From assembly GCF_035084215.1 (NCBI RefSeq), contig NC_090325.1, positions 121,954,001 to 122,018,000 on the forward strand: a stretch of DNA of 64,000 bases. The letters are read 5' to 3'. The notes under the pieces were generated by a model. It was not told the origin of the DNA, did no database searches, and was given only the letters and a program-made list of their open reading frames with translations. Numbering within the stretch: the first letter of the stretch is position 1; each line of letters starts with the position of its first letter. Origin of the DNA: Heptranchias perlo. Its lineage: Eukaryota. Position numbers and translations under genes: made by a program. Of this stretch, positions 10,962-23,193 are shown one piece after another.

Positions 10962-12357
10962 CCTGGATCTCAATGTTAACCCCCACATGATGGGTGGGAG
11001 AGAGTCGGAGTGGGGGGGTTAAAAAATTAAAACGGGGACTGCGTCCGGAAACCATCGCGTCCGTGCCCAGTGCCATTTTTACAGCGGGGGTTAGAGTGAC
11101 ATGAGAGTCTCCCACCCTCGAGGGATGGGACATTTTATTAACATATTTAAATCAGGCTCCCCCGGTCCCTCAAAGAAGCCTTCGGCCTCCCCACTGCTTA
11201 ACGCGGCCTCTCTCTACCCTCTACTACGACCACCCCCACAAAAGCTCCGTACTCTCACTCCCTCCCTCCCGATGACTGCTCTCTTCCACCCCCCCCACAA
11301 GCCCCGTTCTGTAGCTCCCTCTATCCCGATTGCCACGGAGAGCCCCGAAGTTTCCTCTTCTGCCTCCTCCTGCCACTGGTTTTCCCGTCCAGCCAGCCTG
11401 TCAATTTGGCAGAAAATGGAAGGAAAACATTTGAATGAGGTGCTGCCGTTAAATTCGGCAGGACGTCCGCGTCCCCGGCCTTGCCAGGTTTTCCCCACTA
11501 CCGCAGCCCCCTGCAGACTCCCTGCCGCCCTGTAGATTTCAGGCCCCTGGGAGGCAATTTTAACTCCCAAAAACAGGTGGGTTGGGGGTGGGTGGGCAGT
11601 AAAAATAGTTTGTTTTTGGAGTGGGACTGCATCCAGACTCAAATGCGCTCACTTCCGGGTTTAATCAATGGGTGTTTCGATAACAGAAACCTGGAAATCC
11701 GGTCCCCATTTAAAGCCGACGGGCCAATGTTGAAATGGGCAATGCGCCTCATTGCAATAGTTGAGGCACTTAATTTTTTGTGTATTAGAAATGTCAAAGG
11801 AATTTTACCTTACCGTTCGGGTTTCCCATCGCTTCTGATTCACGTCAGGTGAAAGCAGGCGGGAGGGACTGGATCCATGAGGTGAGTCCCTTTATTGCAC
11901 TGCTTGTGGGCCCGGAGGTGCTTCATCCAGGCTCAACAGGCCCACTTGGCGTAATCGGACCCACCCGATCAGCCGACCCCTGCACCTCCCCATGGTGGAC
12001 CCCCCGATGCTAAACCCCAACCCCCTGCTGCTGGACCCCCTCCGATCTCCGATCTTCTCCAAGGCCTACCCGATGTTGTCCACGTGCCCCCACCTCTCCC
12101 CACCCACCAATTTCTTCCACGGCGCATGATCGCTCTCTCCTTCTCTCCCCCTTCTCCGATTTGCGACTCCTTTCCCTCCTGACAGACAACCATCCTGTCA
12201 ATCTGGCTGACTGATGTGTGGGAAACCCGGAAGCACAAATACCTACCTTCAATTGAGTTGTGATCGGATATCGTGATGCACTCACTTGACTTCTGGGTGC
12301 CCCATGTAAATATCTACGCACACACTGGGTTCCCAGTCCGAGCTTAAATCATGCCCC
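10962..12357. mobile_element. Two abutting Harbinger-type non-autonomous elements (10962-11547 and 11548-12357); copies ~25600-26992
   Basis: The second element has the same ends and internal motifs as 1144-1913. The first shares the AGCCAGCCTGTCAAT motif and ends GATTTCAGGCCCC. Confidence 0.6.
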
Positions 12358-15300
12358 ACACGTAATAACACTGAGATGGAGATCCTGATGTCTGATGAAA
12401 AGAGACAGCCTGTCAGCTCGGGAAAGATAGGAGACAGCACTTCAGGCAGGTATGGGTGTAGGACAGGAAGATCACTGGAGGGGGAAGTGCTGTAATCATT
12501 GAAATGAATTTAAAGGAGCTTGGTACGATTATTGCACGTAATATCATATTATTTTTAATTAATATGAAATGATATTTAAGTTAAACCTAAAGATGCTGGA
12601 ACTGATGGTTGGAGTTGCTGACAGCAGGGTCACTCTGAGTTGGGAGATTCAAGTCAGGAATTAGGAGAACTGGGGGGGGTGGTGTCATGTGAGAAGAAAG
12701 AGACAATCAGATAAATAAAGGAATCGGGTTAAAGGTAGTGGAGCCAAGATTTGTGGGGTGGGAGAGGGATGAACTGGAATAGATCACCCGCAAGAGGCCA
12801 GGAATCTGGGGCAGAGCCTGGATCCAACAGATTTAAGAAGTGGCCCATGGATTGATTGGGGTGGGCTGTGGGTAAGTCTTACGTTGCGTGACCCGTGCCC
12901 GCAGTCAGCATTGAGGACATGTCAGGTGGTGTTCCCAGTCTGTGCTGTGAATTCCACTCAGCATTGCTTCGTTCAGCTCAGTAGAAGCCACGTCTGATGA
13001 GATTAGACATTGGCTCCATTCTGGGCCTGGTGAATTCTCCAGACAACTCAAGAATTAAAGGTAATCGATCCCAGAGGGGATGGATATCCTCACACTGCTG
13101 GACTTTATCTTCCTGTGGAAAAGTTATTTTTAATTTTAATCTTGCACCTTTGGCCCTGTGAGGACCTCTGCCTCCCCCATCCCCATTGGAATGGCAGGGT
13201 GCAGCTCCAATTTTATGGCTCATCCTTGGGGTGGGTACCTCTGCAGCACTGAAATAGGTCAGGCAGCCTGCTTCATTTACTAAAAGGGATCCAGCCCTGT
13301 GATTTAGGACCGGGCCAACATCCTCACCCGTTGTCAAATAGGATCCTGCTCTGCTGCACTTCCAGTGGTGGAGCCAGGACCCTGGATTTTCAGGTCAGTA
13401 AGTTTCATCGTGATCGAAAAGCATTTCTGATAGGTGTGACCACCCACACTCGCTCCCAGTGAGGATCCTGTCATTGATCAATTGGAATACTCAATCTTTC
13501 ATCCATTTTTATATATAATGTTGAATACTCTGACCGAAAACGCATTGCAGATGAAAATTCATCACATCCAACATCCACAAATATATCTGCACCATTACAG
13601 CTTTTCACAATCAGAACATGCACTTTTTAAATGAGCAAAGATGCATCTCAGCTGTGCACCTCATGTTATCAAGTTCGAGGATGGCTCATTTCCTGTAGTT
13701 CACAAGTTTCAGCTGAGCGATGTGTTTCCTTTTTATTTTTACCCAAGGATCAGTTCCAAGTCTGTAAATTGACCTCGTCCCGTGGGTCAAATACAAAATG
13801 TGGAACTGGAATATTCTGCAGTCAATCTGAAACTGTTCACCTGGGGAAAAACAGCTAATGTACGAATAATCATACCTTGTGATATGTGGATCTCTGCAAA
13901 GTCTCAATCGCATTTTAACTTTGTGTCAACCATGGCTGTTTAATTAAAAAACAATTAAGAAAATATCCACTAACTAAAGAATATTCAGGGATGAGAAAAG
14001 GTCACTTTGCCCATTGAGCTCATCACTGGTGTTTATTAACTCACTCAACCTAAAATCCCACAGCATCTGGAACTTGTCTAAAGTCTCTGATTTCATTACC
14101 CTGCCTGGCACATTATTTGAAATGTTTATCACCTTTTGAGTGAAAGATTTTTTTCTAAAATGTTTCAATGTACTTTTTACTATTTTAAACATATGTTCTC
14201 CTATTCAGCCGTCCTGACTGACCTTCCAGCAATATTGTGGGCTTACCTTATTTATGCTATTTGATAGCATATAAGTAGTAGCGAGATCTCCCATTAACCA
14301 AAGTGTTGGCTTTATGAGCTGTGATTGTATATTAAAAATAGAATGATAGAATATGCAAATGACTGCTGTCAAATTTTGAAAAATGTCAGCAGATATTATA
14401 ATAAATGATCAAGATTCTCTTCTGTTGTTAAATATATGAACCTCCTTTTGTATCTTCAGAACTACATACATTGGAAAGAATTACAAGGAATGGGTATGGA
14501 GCAAACTCCAATACCCATTGACGTAGTGTTCACTAATATACCACTCGTCCCTGTATAATATAATACAGCCCTGACTGTAATAACAACTGAAGTAACACTC
14601 ATTCATTTACAACAGCTCCTGATGGAGCATGTAGGGACAATGAGACTCTAACATAGGAAATATACACAGTAAAATGTTCTCTCTATAGCTTGCATGTCTC
14701 AATAGAAACGCCCTCATGTGTACAACATTAGTTATCACATTCTCATATTTCATGACACCTGATCCCTATTCTCTCTAATGTTGAAATAAAGGAATATAAA
14801 ACACCTTGCACGCTTTTAACTATGACCTACATACAATTAGAAACATCAAGTAAATGTAACAGTTCCTGTTCATGTTTCCCATCACTTCTGATTCATGTCA
14901 GGTGAAAGCAGGTGAGAAGGAACAATCCATGAGATGAGTGCCTTTATTGCACTGTCAGCAGGCCAGGAGGAGCAGGAGTTCTTCATCCAGACCCCAAGCT
15001 CACCAGGCATAATCGGACCCACCCCATCGGCCGACCACTCCCCACTGATGCTGGACTGCCCCTGATGCTGGACCCCATCACACCCCGAATGCTAAACCCC
15101 CACATAATGCTGGATCCCCCACCCCGATTGTCTCGAAGGCCAACCCGATTTCTTCCATGGCCCACGATTTATCTCTCCCTCCCTCCCCCCTCTCCAACTC
15201 ACAGCTCCATTCCCTTCCGACAGGCAGCCAACCTGTCAATCTGGCTGCCTGGTGCACACATACTTACCTTCAATTGAGTTGCGATTACAGTTTGCGATGC

Positions 15301-16600
15301 ACTCACTTGACCTCCGGTTTCCCTGCATGAATATCTAAGGACATGCTGGGTTCCTGGACCCGAGCTAAAATCATGCCCTTGCTCTCCTGGTGCTGAATCT
15401 CACGCGAGGATTTCCAGATCAGAAAATCTGATGCAAAGATGATCGTGTGTCTTATGTGGCACTCCCAATCTTCAAGGTATTAAAATGATCCATATATCAA
15501 TGATCACTAGTCAAGAACAGTTGTCAATAGAATAGAAATTATGATAATTTCTAGTCTATTGGTTACTGACCTTGACTAGTGATCATTGATATAGAGATAA
15601 ATTAATCACTTGAAGATCGTTTGAAGAAGAAGGCTCACCACCACCTTCTCAGGACGACTAGGGGTGGGCAATAAATGCCAGCCTTCTCGCGATGCCCATA
15701 TCCTGAGAATGAATCATTTAAAATAAAGACTAGAAATCACCGTCGATCACATCATGCTGTGGACACTTAATGAGCATTTATCAAATTCTTCTGTCTGGCA
15801 CCAAACTTGCAAGAAAACATCTCTGTACGTGCAATAACACTGAAGATATTTCTATTCCTGAGTTCGAGCTGCTGCATCATCAGGCTGAAAATTCATTGCA
15901 AGTGGCAAGTGTAATTTACTTTAGAACTACATTTACATCATTGCAGCTCTTTCGAAACTTGGGACATTAAAGTCTAAAGAGTCACGGCATGATGTTCAGC
16001 CAGTGAAAGAGAGAGTTATTTCCTCTAAATCACAAGCTTTAGCTCCATTGTCTGGTCTGGTTTTCTCTAATTATAGTGAGAAAGATCAGTGTTAAAAATG
16101 CATTGAGGAGTTCCCCAGTGGGTCAGGTGTAAGACCTGGAACTGGATTATTCTGCAGCTTATCTGAGGCTACTTGCTTGGGAACAACATTAAACAAATTA
16201 TGTGGCACGATCTTATCAGTGTTTAATTGTCTGTCATTTACGGTTGTGTAAAAACAAAAGGAAGATTTTATCAACAACACTCCATAAGGACTTGACCACA
16301 TGATCTTTGACATAAAAAAATCGAAAAATTCAATTTCAGAGGGGGCACAAAATGGGCAGTAGCAGATCAGCCATCAATGGAAATTAAATGGAAAGAAACA
16401 TTCAGCAGGATATGTAACGGGTGACTGACCTGCAACCACCCTTTTCATGCCCTTGCCTCAGTTGAATATTATCCCCATTTTTCTAAAAATTGCAGTTAAT
16501 TCTTTAAAATGAACACATAATTCACCACCTATAGCAACAGATTATCTGCCTTTTGCCATTGTAAACTATGTACAAGTTATGAATATATTTAACACTGCAG

Positions 16601-16718
16601 AAGTGAAAGAACCTCTGACTCAGGAGCTTGGAAATTCCCTTCCACAGGAGCTTCCTATGTTTGACAATTTTTACTGCTCGAGATTATGCAAATTGAGAGT
16701 AGAGGATCTCAATAAATG
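16601..16718 (+). promoter_or_regulatory. Proximal promoter of gene 2
   Basis: AAGTGAAA (IRF-core-like) 16601-16608; TGACTCA; TGGAAATTCCC 16629-16639 (GGGAATTTCC on the minus strand); ATGCAAAT. Confidence 0.7.
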
Positions 16719-16827
16719 GGAGCTCATTGGACCTCTCTTCAACAGAACTTCATTCAGCAGAGAGAGAGTCACTGAGGTGGACAGAAGATCCTTCAGCAGA
16801 AATCCATTCAGCAACTCAAAGTCAAAG

Positions 16828-18707
16828 ATGAGCAGAGCAGCTACTGTGACGATTCTCATCCTGTTTCTGTGTGCCATTACTACACAGGGTATGTTGTCCT
16901 TTGTAATCTTGTGTTTTATTTCTCATTTCACTGTAATTACATAGAATTATGTAAAATAGTACAATTCTAAAGGGGGTGCAGGAACAGAGAGACCTGGGGG
17001 GTATTCAGTAATTTTAAACCCTTTAACCCAGCACCTTATGATGATAAAAGATTTCCTTATAAAAAATATGATAGTCATCTCCAGGTTAATGTAATCAGCA
17101 TGATTAATTTGGACAGATACCTAATATTTCCTTGTGGACCATATGTTGAAAAGATTAAAATATCTCAACTCTGATACAAAGTGCCAGGATTCTCTCCACC
17201 TCAATCGATAATTAAATCTAAGTTAAATGGATCTTTTCACAGGTATTCCAATTCCAGGCACTCAAGGTCGTTGCCTGTGCACTCAGAACAGCTCCAATTT
17301 TATCAATCCACGGCTCATCCGGAGTTTGAAATATATTCCCAAAGGATCCCACTGTGAGACACCAGAGATAATGTGAGTAAATGTGTCAGAACATCACCAT
17401 TAACATTTCTCCTTCGGTGACGTCCATTTAATAAACTGTGCTCTTTATTCAAAATATGTTGGATCAATCACAGTTTGTTTATGAGGCACATTCGAAGGAT
17501 TTTCTTTTAATACTTTTGCTAATTTCTCACCTTTCAGTGGGAGACATCCAATTTCTGTGGATTAGATTTTAAAGGTTTACCTTCTCTTCACAGTGTTACC
17601 AAAAGAAATGGGAATAAATTATGTGTGAGTCCTGATGCCGAGTGGGTGAAGATTATCATTAAAGCCAAGAAAGGTTGGTGTTTGGCAGAATTAAGACTTT
17701 GCGTATGAATAAAAGCAGATACAGTGAATTGTTTTTTTAAACCATGTTTGCCCCTCTCCTCCTCGGTTGAAGGCGTTGACTCCTCTCTGCTATACATTCC
17801 CACAGGCTTTTGATGCCCCTGGTACTTTATTCAAGTGCTCATCATTTATGTGTGAGCCTTGACAGTGAATGTTAGCAAGCTATTCAACCACAGTTGGCAT
17901 CAGGGCTGAGCCTTACACAAGCCTCACCCAACATCCAAATATGGCACTTCCAGGAGGGGGGGTCACTGGATAGCAATCAGGTGAAGGAATGCTGGGTGAT
18001 TTTATGCTCTCTCTCCCAACAATGCTGAGACCAATTGTCGTACCTTTAGGACCCAGCTGAGATCAGCCAATTAAGCACAGAACAGGGTCCTTAAGAATAA
18101 AATATGTAATATATATCTTCACTTTCATTTCCTTTTCCTGCTGCCTTCCTTCCTTTATGTTACGCTCCACAATTTTTTGTTCTGCTGTTTGAAAACTGTA
18201 AACTACTTTTTGCGTCATGTTTTAACTTTTTATTATCCGTTCTATTTTACTCTTTAATGTAATGTGTTCCTGCAGACTCCCATCAGAACGAGGATTTTAA
18301 ATCCATTTATTTTTTCAAGTTATACAGAAAAGTTGTTTGTGAAAATCTCGACCATCTATTCTCACAGTTTTGTGTCATCCACCGTTGTCAGAACTCAGGA
18401 TTTTGTTCAGCATTTACTGCCTTTGTATTATTCCGCAAATTTGCTTGATTCAACAGGATGGAAGGAAGAGAAATAATTTTTCTCTCTGGCCCCATGCATC
18501 CTGCATGTTAAACCATATTGCAAAATCAATGACTTGGGAATAAAATCATCAGTGTTAGCAATGCTGCTCATCTTGTGTAAAAGTCAGATTAATAATGCTC
18601 CATAATTATATTGCTGAAGATATTGTGCACTATATTAAAGTAAATATCTGTAGTTCGTGGTTAAAAGTAACTTTTATTTTATTTCAGGTGCCAGACGACA
18701 CAACTGA
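16828..18707 (+). CDS. CXC chemokine gene 2, duplicate of gene 1; exons 16828-16888, 17243-17372, 17594-17673, 18688-18707
   Basis: Same exons at offset +13464. The coding sequence appears identical to gene 1 and the splice sites are intact. Confidence 0.94.
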
Positions 18708-19195
18708 GAAATGAAGCCGCAATGGGATGGACTCGACTCCACACCTGGTTAACCTAAAGTACAATGAACGTTGAAATGAAGGAAGCTTTGTCCAGGGTGT
18801 TAATGCTCTGATATCACCTTCTGATAGCTTGTTCAAGTATTTTCCCTTCAGTGTTTTCTGAAAATGATGTCACTGTTCAACCCTGTCACATTGTAAGCCT
18901 GGATATTAACTTGGAGCCGGGAAGAGAGTGGGGGGATGCTTATCGGACGGGAAACCTGGAAGTGAAGTTGGCGGGTCGGAATCTGCGATCCCAACTTAGT
19001 TGAAGGATAAAAATGTTACTTCTGTATATTGTGCCCAGTTGCCATCCAGATTGACAGGTTGACTGGATGTCAGCCAGGGAGAGATCAGAGTCTTCGGTGT
19101 TTGCATGGTGGCGGCGGAGGGGTGCTGTCGGGGAGAGATCGGGATCCTTGGGGGCTTGATGGGGAATGGGGGATGGGAGGAAGGTGAGCAGTCAG

Positions 19196-19442
19196 CCATT
19201 GCTGGGGAGGTAAGAAGTAGGCCATCGCTGGGGAGGTAGGAAGTAGGCCATCGTTGTGGAGGTAAGAAGTAGGCCATCGTTGTGGAGGTAAGAAGTAGGC
19301 CATCGTTGTGGAGGTAAGAAGTAGGCCATCGTTGTGGAGGTAAGAAGTAGGCCATCGTTGTGGAGGTAAGAAGTAGGCCATCGTTGTGGAGGTAAGAAGT
19401 AGGCCATCGTTGTGGAGGTAAGAAGTAGGCCATCGCTGGGGA
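19196..19442 (+). repeat. 26-bp minisatellite x9 (paralog of 5732-6004)
   Basis: One unit fewer: the duplication offset drops from 13464 to 13438 across the array. Confidence 0.97.
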
Positions 19443-22400
19443 GTGGAGCAATCGGTAATTGTGGTGGTCTCGACAATCAGGAGGGGATCTATGTCATTGG
19501 GGGGGGTCCAGAACATCAGGGCGGGTCGGCCGATCGTGGGGGTTACGATCGTGTCGGTGAGCTTGTTGGGCCTGGTGGAAACGTTCCTGCTCCTGGTCCA
19601 CAAGCAGTGCAATAAAGGCACTGACCTCATCATCCAGCCCTTCTCGCCTCCTTTTCACTGGCGAGATGCACGAGCCCCGGGAAAGCATGCTGGAGGCGTA
19701 AAATTTAAAGTTAAGTCAAATTCAATTTATAAAGATCTACTAACGTCTCACAGGGACGTTAATTGATTCTAGAAATACCCACCCACCTGAACTAATTAAG
19801 GTCCTGACTGCAGTGAGTAGGCTACTCGCACACATCTAAATGCGCCTCCGTTTGTGGAAGCAATTTCTCTGTAGAAATGATTTAGCGTGTAAAATACCGA
19901 CATTTTCGAAGGTAGTGCTCCTTATTGTATGATATTAACTGGAAGAAACAACATTTTTAAATAGAACTAATCTCTGTGCAGTGAGCAGTAGAAATCTTTG
20001 GCACTGAGGGATTTTTCACTGGGTCCAGTTGGCTGGAAGTTGTGTTGAGAATAACACTGATTTATCAGTCAGTAACGTTGCTACAAGTGACTTTTGTTGT
20101 GAATTAATCTTTTGAGTATTTTTGTACCTTTATCTTCAAATGTATTCAAGTGATTAAAATAAACATGATTTCATATGAAGAATGTATTGTCACTGTTCTT
20201 CAATCACCAGCAAAACAGTCGTGTGTCTCTCCAGTAAATAAATTTAGTGGACTGACTAATAAAGAGAAATCTGTTCAGGATACACTTTAGACAATGATTG
20301 GCATCAACGAGGTGGGCAGGTTATTAAAATGGCAGGTGGAGGGAGTTCACACAGGGGCCTACTTTACAATCAAAACTCACGCCCAATTATGTCATTGGTG
20401 CCGCAATGCAATTTCAACTCAGGGATTCGGTGGGGACGGTGGGGGGCGCTTCACGGGTCCAAACCAGACAGGCAGGTCATGGCGGTAGTCAGCAGAGTGG
20501 CCGGATGAGGCCATGGTAACTATTTTTATTTAACTTTTCTGAGGATTTGTCTGGGTCTCAAGGAGCAGGAGTGCTCCCTCGGGCCCAGCAAGGAGTCATT
20601 GGGCCTCCCCTGCCCAGGCTTTCTTTCTCCCTCCCAGCAACAGCACCTGCTCTCAAATACCTTCAGCCATCCCAGCACTAACTTTATGCTGTTCCCTTAG
20701 ATTCCCGGTGGCTTCAAGCTCCCATTCAAATATCTGCTCCCATCCACCGGCCTTGATGTCAATCCCACTGGTTTTGGGCAGGAGACAATGCTGCACTATT
20801 CAAATGGAGCCCAGGAACTAAAATGGTTTGAGCTTCACGCTCATATCTCCATGGGTGTTTCCCTCCTGCCCACACCCCGCCCAGGATGCCCTGATTTAAA
20901 ATCACCCCCCATAAGTGTTGGTTTCTCCAGAGTGAGCACTTGTCAGACGTTATACTTTTATTGAAGTGAAGTATTGGATAACTGTAACGTAACCAAGTTC
21001 TATAAAACTCTTATTACATGTGTGTGGAGACAATGTCAGTTTAGAGATCTTTGTTCATCACCGACAGGATGTTGGTTCCCCCCCATTTAATGTGGCAACA
21101 ACCAATGAATTGATGGGGTTTAAGATCCAATCTTCCTGGGCCACCGTTGCTAAGGACGCCAAATCAATTCCTGGGACCTTCATTGAGCTGAAGCTTTGTC
21201 ATTGTTTTTTAGACTTTCTAATTAGATTAGGATTGGTCCCGGTCATGTCACCGGGCAGATCGTTTCCTCTCTGCTGCCTGAATAATGCAGTCATGCGGTG
21301 TTAACTGGGATTGCTATTGAATTCTAACCAGGGGAAATATTATGGTGAATCGCCAAGTGGGAGGCAAGCATTCTGCAGACATTGGAGGCACTAATCTCCC
21401 TTAGGTGTATGATCCGCCTGAATCCTAAGTGCTAATAACACTCAATTTTCTGGCCTAGACTCATTTGGATAATTATTCACAATTTCAGTGGAAACCCAGG
21501 TGGGTCGAGGGATGAAACAACTGGGAGGAGAAGAAAAGTGCATGCAAGTCAAATTGAAAGGGATGGAGGCAATTAAAGAGGAGTGTCACAAGATAGGAGA
21601 CTAAGGCCCCGAATTTCCTGAAATTTGCACCAAAACAGCAGCAGAAGTGCAGCATAATGCAAATTTTCAGGGCGAAGAATTGAGGAAATTTGTGCCTAAG
21701 TGACTTATGCCAGTTTTATGCTACGTATCAGTTACCTTCATCTTTTGAATTGAATCAGCGAAACCTCTACCGATTCCCTCTGCCGTTCATTAAAGCAGCG
21801 CAGGACGCCATCTTGGTAAAGGGCGTATTGAACGCTGGCAGTATGCTCCTGGCATTTACCTCCTCCACTTTTCCTCCACTTTTCCCTCCAACATATGGCT
21901 GGAGGGCCTCCTGGCCCCCTGTGGATACAGGATGAACCTCCTTCTCTCCATCTCTTGCAACAAGGCCTGCAGTGCATCATCAGAGAACCTTGGTGCACAC
22001 TCCCTCCCAGATGCAGCCATTCATCAAAGTATCGTAGCACAGATTCAGTTTTGAAACGACTCCCACCACTTCTTGCAGCCACAATGTACCTCCCCTTTAA
22101 GAGGTGCAGGCTGCCTTCAAGAAGCGCGAGCAACTCGCGATATCGGGACTCCCTGCTGATGCGTGCAGCCGATCAACAGTGCAATTAGCGCTGGCTGCAC
22201 GCAGCAGTCATTTAAAACAGCAGGCAGCGTTAATGTAACCTTTTCAGGGGATTATCCAATTTAACCCTCGCCATGCCTAATGTGCATAAATCGTCGTCTG
22301 ATGGCTTCACATTTTAATTTCGATACATAAAGTGGGGCTTCAATAAAAACATGGAGTAACTTCTGCACTGTCCTCAGGCCCCATTAGTTTAAGTTGATTT

Positions 22401-23193
22401 CCATTTGGTTTACGCTGGTTTTTACGTTCCTGAGATTATCACAAATTTTTGGCGTACATTTCTATATAGAAGTTGTTAAAACAAATCAAAGCATCTTACA
22501 GCACAGAACGATGCCATTCGGCCCATCATGCCTGTGCTGGATCTTTGAAAGAGCTATCCAATTAGTCCCACTCCCCTGCTCTTTCCCCATAGCTTGCAAA
22601 TGTTTCCTTTTCAAGTATTTATGAAGTATGGTTATCATAAAAGGGACAAGACTACATTGTGTTAAATCAAAACTGGAAAAATAGAACGATGCCCTCTCTT
22701 GTGAATATTCTTTTCATTTATTCATTTTTTGTCATTTGCCTATTTATTGCTGAGCCAGGCAAACGTACGATACAAATATACAAACAGGTCAGGGAGCAGC
22801 AGAACATGTGATAAAATGTATTGCTTTTATTACATCCATTTCTCTTTCAACAGTAATCGAATGAATAAAATCCGATGCTACTAATGGAGTCTTAAAACAA
22901 ATTACCAGTGATAAGTAGATGGGAGCAAAGCCAAACATTGACCCAAAGAGTTACTTGGTGTATAAAACAATCTGATTTCTTGGAATTCACACGGGTTCAC
23001 CAACACAGGCTGCTGTTTGAATGAAGTCTGACTCTGGAACTTCCTTAACCACTGAACAAACCCCAGGGGGAGGAGTCACCACAGTTACACACTCAACATT
23101 TTCCAAATCTGGAAACTGAAACTTGAACCAGCTCCAGATATCCCTGAAGCTCTTACGACATCACCAATGTATTAATGGACAGTGACTGTGATC

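Larger units (their letters stand above)
1378..14838 (+). repeat. Tandem segmental duplication unit A (~13.46 kb) containing gene 1
   Basis: 1378-10640 recurs at 14836-23193. 6173-8532 recurs again at 23194-25552, and 10914-14193 recurs at 25551-28848. Confidence 0.93.
14836..23193 (+). repeat. Duplication unit B containing gene 2; lacks the CR1 insertion
   Basis: Near-identical to 1378-10640, but reads GTTCCCTTAGATTCCCGGTG at ~20700, where unit A has ~880 bp of CR1. Confidence 0.93.

Noticed and set aside
8465-13913. Short ORFs 'conserved' in two or three places
   Set aside because: The recurrence reflects recent segmental duplication. They show no domain-like motifs, and some are frame-disrupted between copies.
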